From Leidyana gryllorum EB-2025a (Eukaryota; Protista; Apicomplexa), in the NCBI GenBank assembly GCA_048772705.1, contig JBLWGC010000092.1, positions 124,001 to 188,000 on the forward strand: a stretch of DNA of 64,000 bases. Reading direction: 5' to 3'. Under the pieces are notes generated by a model. That model searched no databases. It had not been told where the DNA came from and saw nothing but the letters and a program-made list of their open reading frames with translations. A program made the translations under genes and the position numbers. This document shows, one piece after another, positions 60,801-64,000 of this stretch (positions are counted from its first letter, which is position 1; each line of letters starts with the position of its first letter).

Positions 60801-62632
60801 AGACTTCTATTTTTACACCTGAGCTCAAAGGTGGTCGCAACTTCCCTGGGACACCGAAAGAGGCCTCCAATGCTGTAACAGAATCGTCGCGCCCGAGTGT
60901 AGCTGGCTTAGAGCCTAATGGTTCAGAATGGCCAGAGCTTTCGAATACTGATGCTGGGTCCGTCGAGGTTTCGGAGGAGAAAGTTGAGGACGTGACCTTG
61001 GATGGAGAAACCGGTGTGGCTCCTAGTGACAGCGGTCCTGAGGAGCAGGCGGAACAGGAAGTTTTGCCGCACAAAGAGGTCACCGGAAGAGGAAAAGGCG
61101 CATTCCAATACCGAGGCCGTCACTTTATTTGCATTCGCGACCCCTTCGAGAAAGAGCGTACTATAGGGCCTCCCTTCTACTGTCAGTCTCACATCTCCAC
61201 TGAGATGCTGAGCGCCCTACAAATCTTCGGATGGGCGCGGTGCAAAGAAGAGGAAGAGCCTGGCTCGGCCGTGAATCTTATCAAGCAACTGTTTGAGCCG
61301 AGAGCTGGACATTCGTATGGTCATATTTACCATCCCTTCAGGGAAGCGCTCAAAGAAGTAATCAATGGTATTACCGAGGATGGCGAGTATCCGGATCAAA
61401 TGTATGCGACAATTGCTGAAATAGTCCGCTCTCACGGCAATTACAACGGTTTGTTTGATTCGCGACGACCTTTGCCTGTGGTCCAAAACGGCGAGCAACC
61501 TGAGCCTACAGGCCGTCAATTGGGACAGCAGTCCCAGTCTCAGCCACCTCCAAACCGGCGTCAATCTCAGGGAGGAGAGCGACCACCTCCCGGCTTCCAT
61601 CCGCAAGATTGTGTGGGAGTGTCTGGTTCACCGGCTCGTCAAGAGCCTAAGCATCTTGGTGGACGTTCCGCGCATGCCCCTATGGGTCCAGCGAAACGGA
61701 ACCCGTCTGTGGGGGTGAAGTCTCCATCGGGTCCGAGTGTGTATGATCGCAGTCGGAGTGGTCAGGGGAGTTCATTGCCTCCGATGAGCAGTCCGGTCGC
61801 TCCTGCTTCGGTTGACCAACTTGTGCATCAATGTCATCACTTCCAGATGAATTGGGGAGACGAGTCAACACTCGAATTTTTCCCGTCCACCGTCAAGCGT
61901 TTTAGGAGCAAAGATCACAGGAATGCCGCAGAATGGTTAAAGAGTCGCGTTATTTTGTGCGGATGTTCAGAGCAGCGAAGAAGGATTCCAGTGCAACAGA
62001 GGCTTCCCGGCGCTGAGATGGATAAGTACGCTGGGCTGGCTGCCTCCTGTGAAAAGAACATTGGGTATCCAATGAATGCATGGCCATCTAAGATGCCACC
62101 GGGACCTAACGTTACGCGGAAACCGGAGGAAATCAAACTCTTGAATCTCATTCAGGGTAAAACATGCGATGCAGACATGGGTGTAGGACTCAGACGCTGG
62201 AATATCGGACCACCAGCAGCAGGGGGAATCGGACTGGACGTTTATGGCTCCAAACCAGCATCTCAAGGCAGAGTGTCTTCAAGTTCTCGTCATTCTCCCA
62301 CCGGAGATAATGGACGCGGAGGCGGAGAGGTCCGGAGGTCTCGCGGCGGTCCATCAAAAGCTTTCGTTGGCACAGGTTCGCCACTGTCTTTCCTTGTGCG
62401 CCAACAGAAACGCTTTTTAGTAAACGACGTTGCGGAGTCGGTGATTCGCGACGAAATGGGTGGAGCCAGACGCTCGATACCCCGTCCCCAGCGACAGAGT
62501 GCTCCAGCTGGACACTGGCGTGACAGCGAGAACGATGACGAACGAGGGGTTGGCGCTCGGAGGCGGGAACAGCACCAGGCGACTCGAGGAAGTGGCAAGC
62601 GGGGAGGTAGAGGCCGCGGCGCACCTTCCTAA
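57883..62632 (+). CDS. Cid1/TUT/GLD-2-family non-canonical RNA nucleotidyltransferase; intron 60637-60745
   Basis: YGSAASGFATCHSDVDV, HNSRLLRAY..DPRV..LIKHWAR, GYLSGYQWTLLVIHYLQ, ELLYGFFEYY, ICIRDPF. Confidence 0.9.
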
Positions 62633-63528
62633 TCATTCGAGAGTATGCGACAAGGTACGGCCATGGGCGGGCTGCGATAGGGAGGCCAAGATTGTGTATT
62701 AACAAATGTATATGCCACTATGTTGGTCACAATGACTTCCATGAGCAGGTAGCCCAGAGCGCACTGTTGTATGTAATGGGACAACAGTGTGGACTTGCTG
62801 GAGCTGTGGTTGATTTCATCTGCAGATAGGACAAACTCAGCTTCAAATGGAATGGCAAAGTCGCGGGATTTCGCAGGCACGGACACGGCTCCTGGTAGTA
62901 AAGAGATTGAGGCTGGACCTAGAGCCACGTAGGCATCCGGGTCGATATCCGCGAAAGGTCGAAGCAGACATCGTACTTCTGTCGTACTATTCTTAATGCG
63001 AAGGGCGGAATCGAAGTTGAGTTGAGCAATTAATGATGAGGGGTTACTAACTATCAAGTCGAATTGCACTGTGCCGCGCAGGATCTGTCCCCGTTCATCG
63101 GCTGGAGAGCTAATGACCACGGCAGATGTAGAATTCGTCGTTCCACCAACAATTTGCAAGGCCGGCCGCCGGATCATCAGTAAGGTCGCTCCCCCAATCA
63201 CGAAGCACATCGTCAGCAGAGCCAGTAGACTCAGCACTTTGAATATCCAGTTGGCTGCAGCTGAACGTCGCCCCCCCCTTTTCTGTTTCCGATGAAACTC
63301 CCAAAGAACATCACCAACTCGCATACCACCATCTAGTCCTAGATCAGTGGCCACCACGGCCAATCTCAATCCTTCGCGCCCAAAACTGCCTGATCGCACA
63401 AGTCTCTTTTCGACCCTTCCCAGAACAGGCCCCGATGCCCACCACCACTTTCCACCTCCAATAGGCATCGTGGTGGTCGGGGGCGCCGTTTGCGGGGCGC
63501 TGACAGATGCATCGGGTTCAGTCGTCAT
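62629..63528 (-). CDS. Type II membrane protein with LEA_2/HIN1-like beta domain
   Basis: Single TM followed by RRPAL, FDLIVSNPS and VSVPAKS motifs. Confidence 0.6.
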   Translation of the reverse strand: MTTEPDASVSAPQTAPPTTTMPIGGGKWWWASGPVLGRVEKRLVRSGSFGREGLRLAVVATDLGLDGGMRVGDVLWEFHRKQKRGGRRSAAANWIFKVLSLLALLTMCFVIGGATLLMIRRPALQIVGGTTNSTSAVVISSPADERGQILRGTVQFDLIVSNPSSLIAQLNFDSALRIKNSTTEVRCLLRPFADIDPDAYVALGPASISLLPGAVSVPAKSRDFAIPFEAEFVLSADEINHSSSKSTLLSHYIQQCALGYLLMEVIVTNIVAYTFVNTQSWPPYRSPPMAVPCRILSND

Positions 63529-64000
63529 GCTGTTTCGCACACGTGTGTGTGTAGTACTAGCCAAAGCTGTCAGTCACGTACTCGGGAACCCCTTCAGTCG
63601 ACTGCGGAAAGGCAGCTGATGGGCAAGTTGCAAGAGTACTAGCAGGACGCACAGGACTTTGGTATTGTCGAACAATAGAGTTGCACAGTGATGCAGGTCA
63701 CACAATGTCGGCTAAATGGCGAAGCCCAGCTTGTGCGAGAGCCAGAAAACACACCTTTGAACATGGGAAGAAGGGTGTGGTGAGCTCGGGAACTTTTTCC
63801 TAAAGGTGGTTAAAAAGGTCACAAGCTTGTATTGGAGGTCGCACATTGGCATTTAGAGTGAAGGAACTTTTACTGGGGGTGGGAGTTACAGTGTGGTCGG
63901 CACAGAAAAGAAGTGAATTAATGTATGTATATATATATATAAGTATATGTTCAATGCATGGAGGGAGGACGATGGACCCTGCAGTTGGATGATCAATGAG

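Noticed and set aside
1-64000. Non-standard genetic code or stop readthrough as the cause of broken ORFs
   Set aside because: Nearly all breaks are resolved by canonical GT-AG introns, and TAA, TAG and TGA all serve as terminal stops
1-64000. Transposons, rRNA or bacterial contamination
   Set aside because: No transposase/RT motifs, terminal repeats or rRNA signatures seen; bacterial-like genes contain introns or sit between intron-containing alveolate genes

Overview
Very gene-dense eukaryotic DNA from an alveolate, most likely a gregarine-like apicomplexan (inferred from alveolin/IMC genes, an ISP-family gene, an HT1-like hexose transporter and many 35-60 nt GT-AG introns). About 30 mostly intron-containing genes were reconstructed by hand: glycyl-tRNA synthetase (5' partial), PSTK, a Gly/Pro-rich secreted protein, a bacterial-type glycerate kinase, a DCTN3-like protein, an ER DnaJ, SRP receptor alpha, a degenerate aldo-keto reductase, MMS19, ISP, Ubc6 plus an AKTIP-like UEV, a NEK kinase, a bestrophin-like channel with an antisense gene nested in its 2.4 kb intron, primase small subunit, a possibly split MUS81, a degenerate bacterial-type lactonase, a divergent beta-adaptin, a hexose transporter, farnesyltransferase beta, two tandem alveolins, an MFS transporter, a PAP2 phosphatase, an ABCC transporter, a Cid1-family nucleotidyltransferase and a LEA_2-like membrane protein. 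The most striking feature is architecture: trains of co-oriented genes 8-38 nt apart, two prokaryote-style ATGA stop/start overlaps, divergent ATGs 28-53 nt apart and overlapping convergent stop codons, which suggests polycistronic or overlapping transcription. No tRNA, rRNA, CRISPR array or transposon was recognised. All family assignments come from remembered motifs, not database searches, and exon boundaries are manual predictions.
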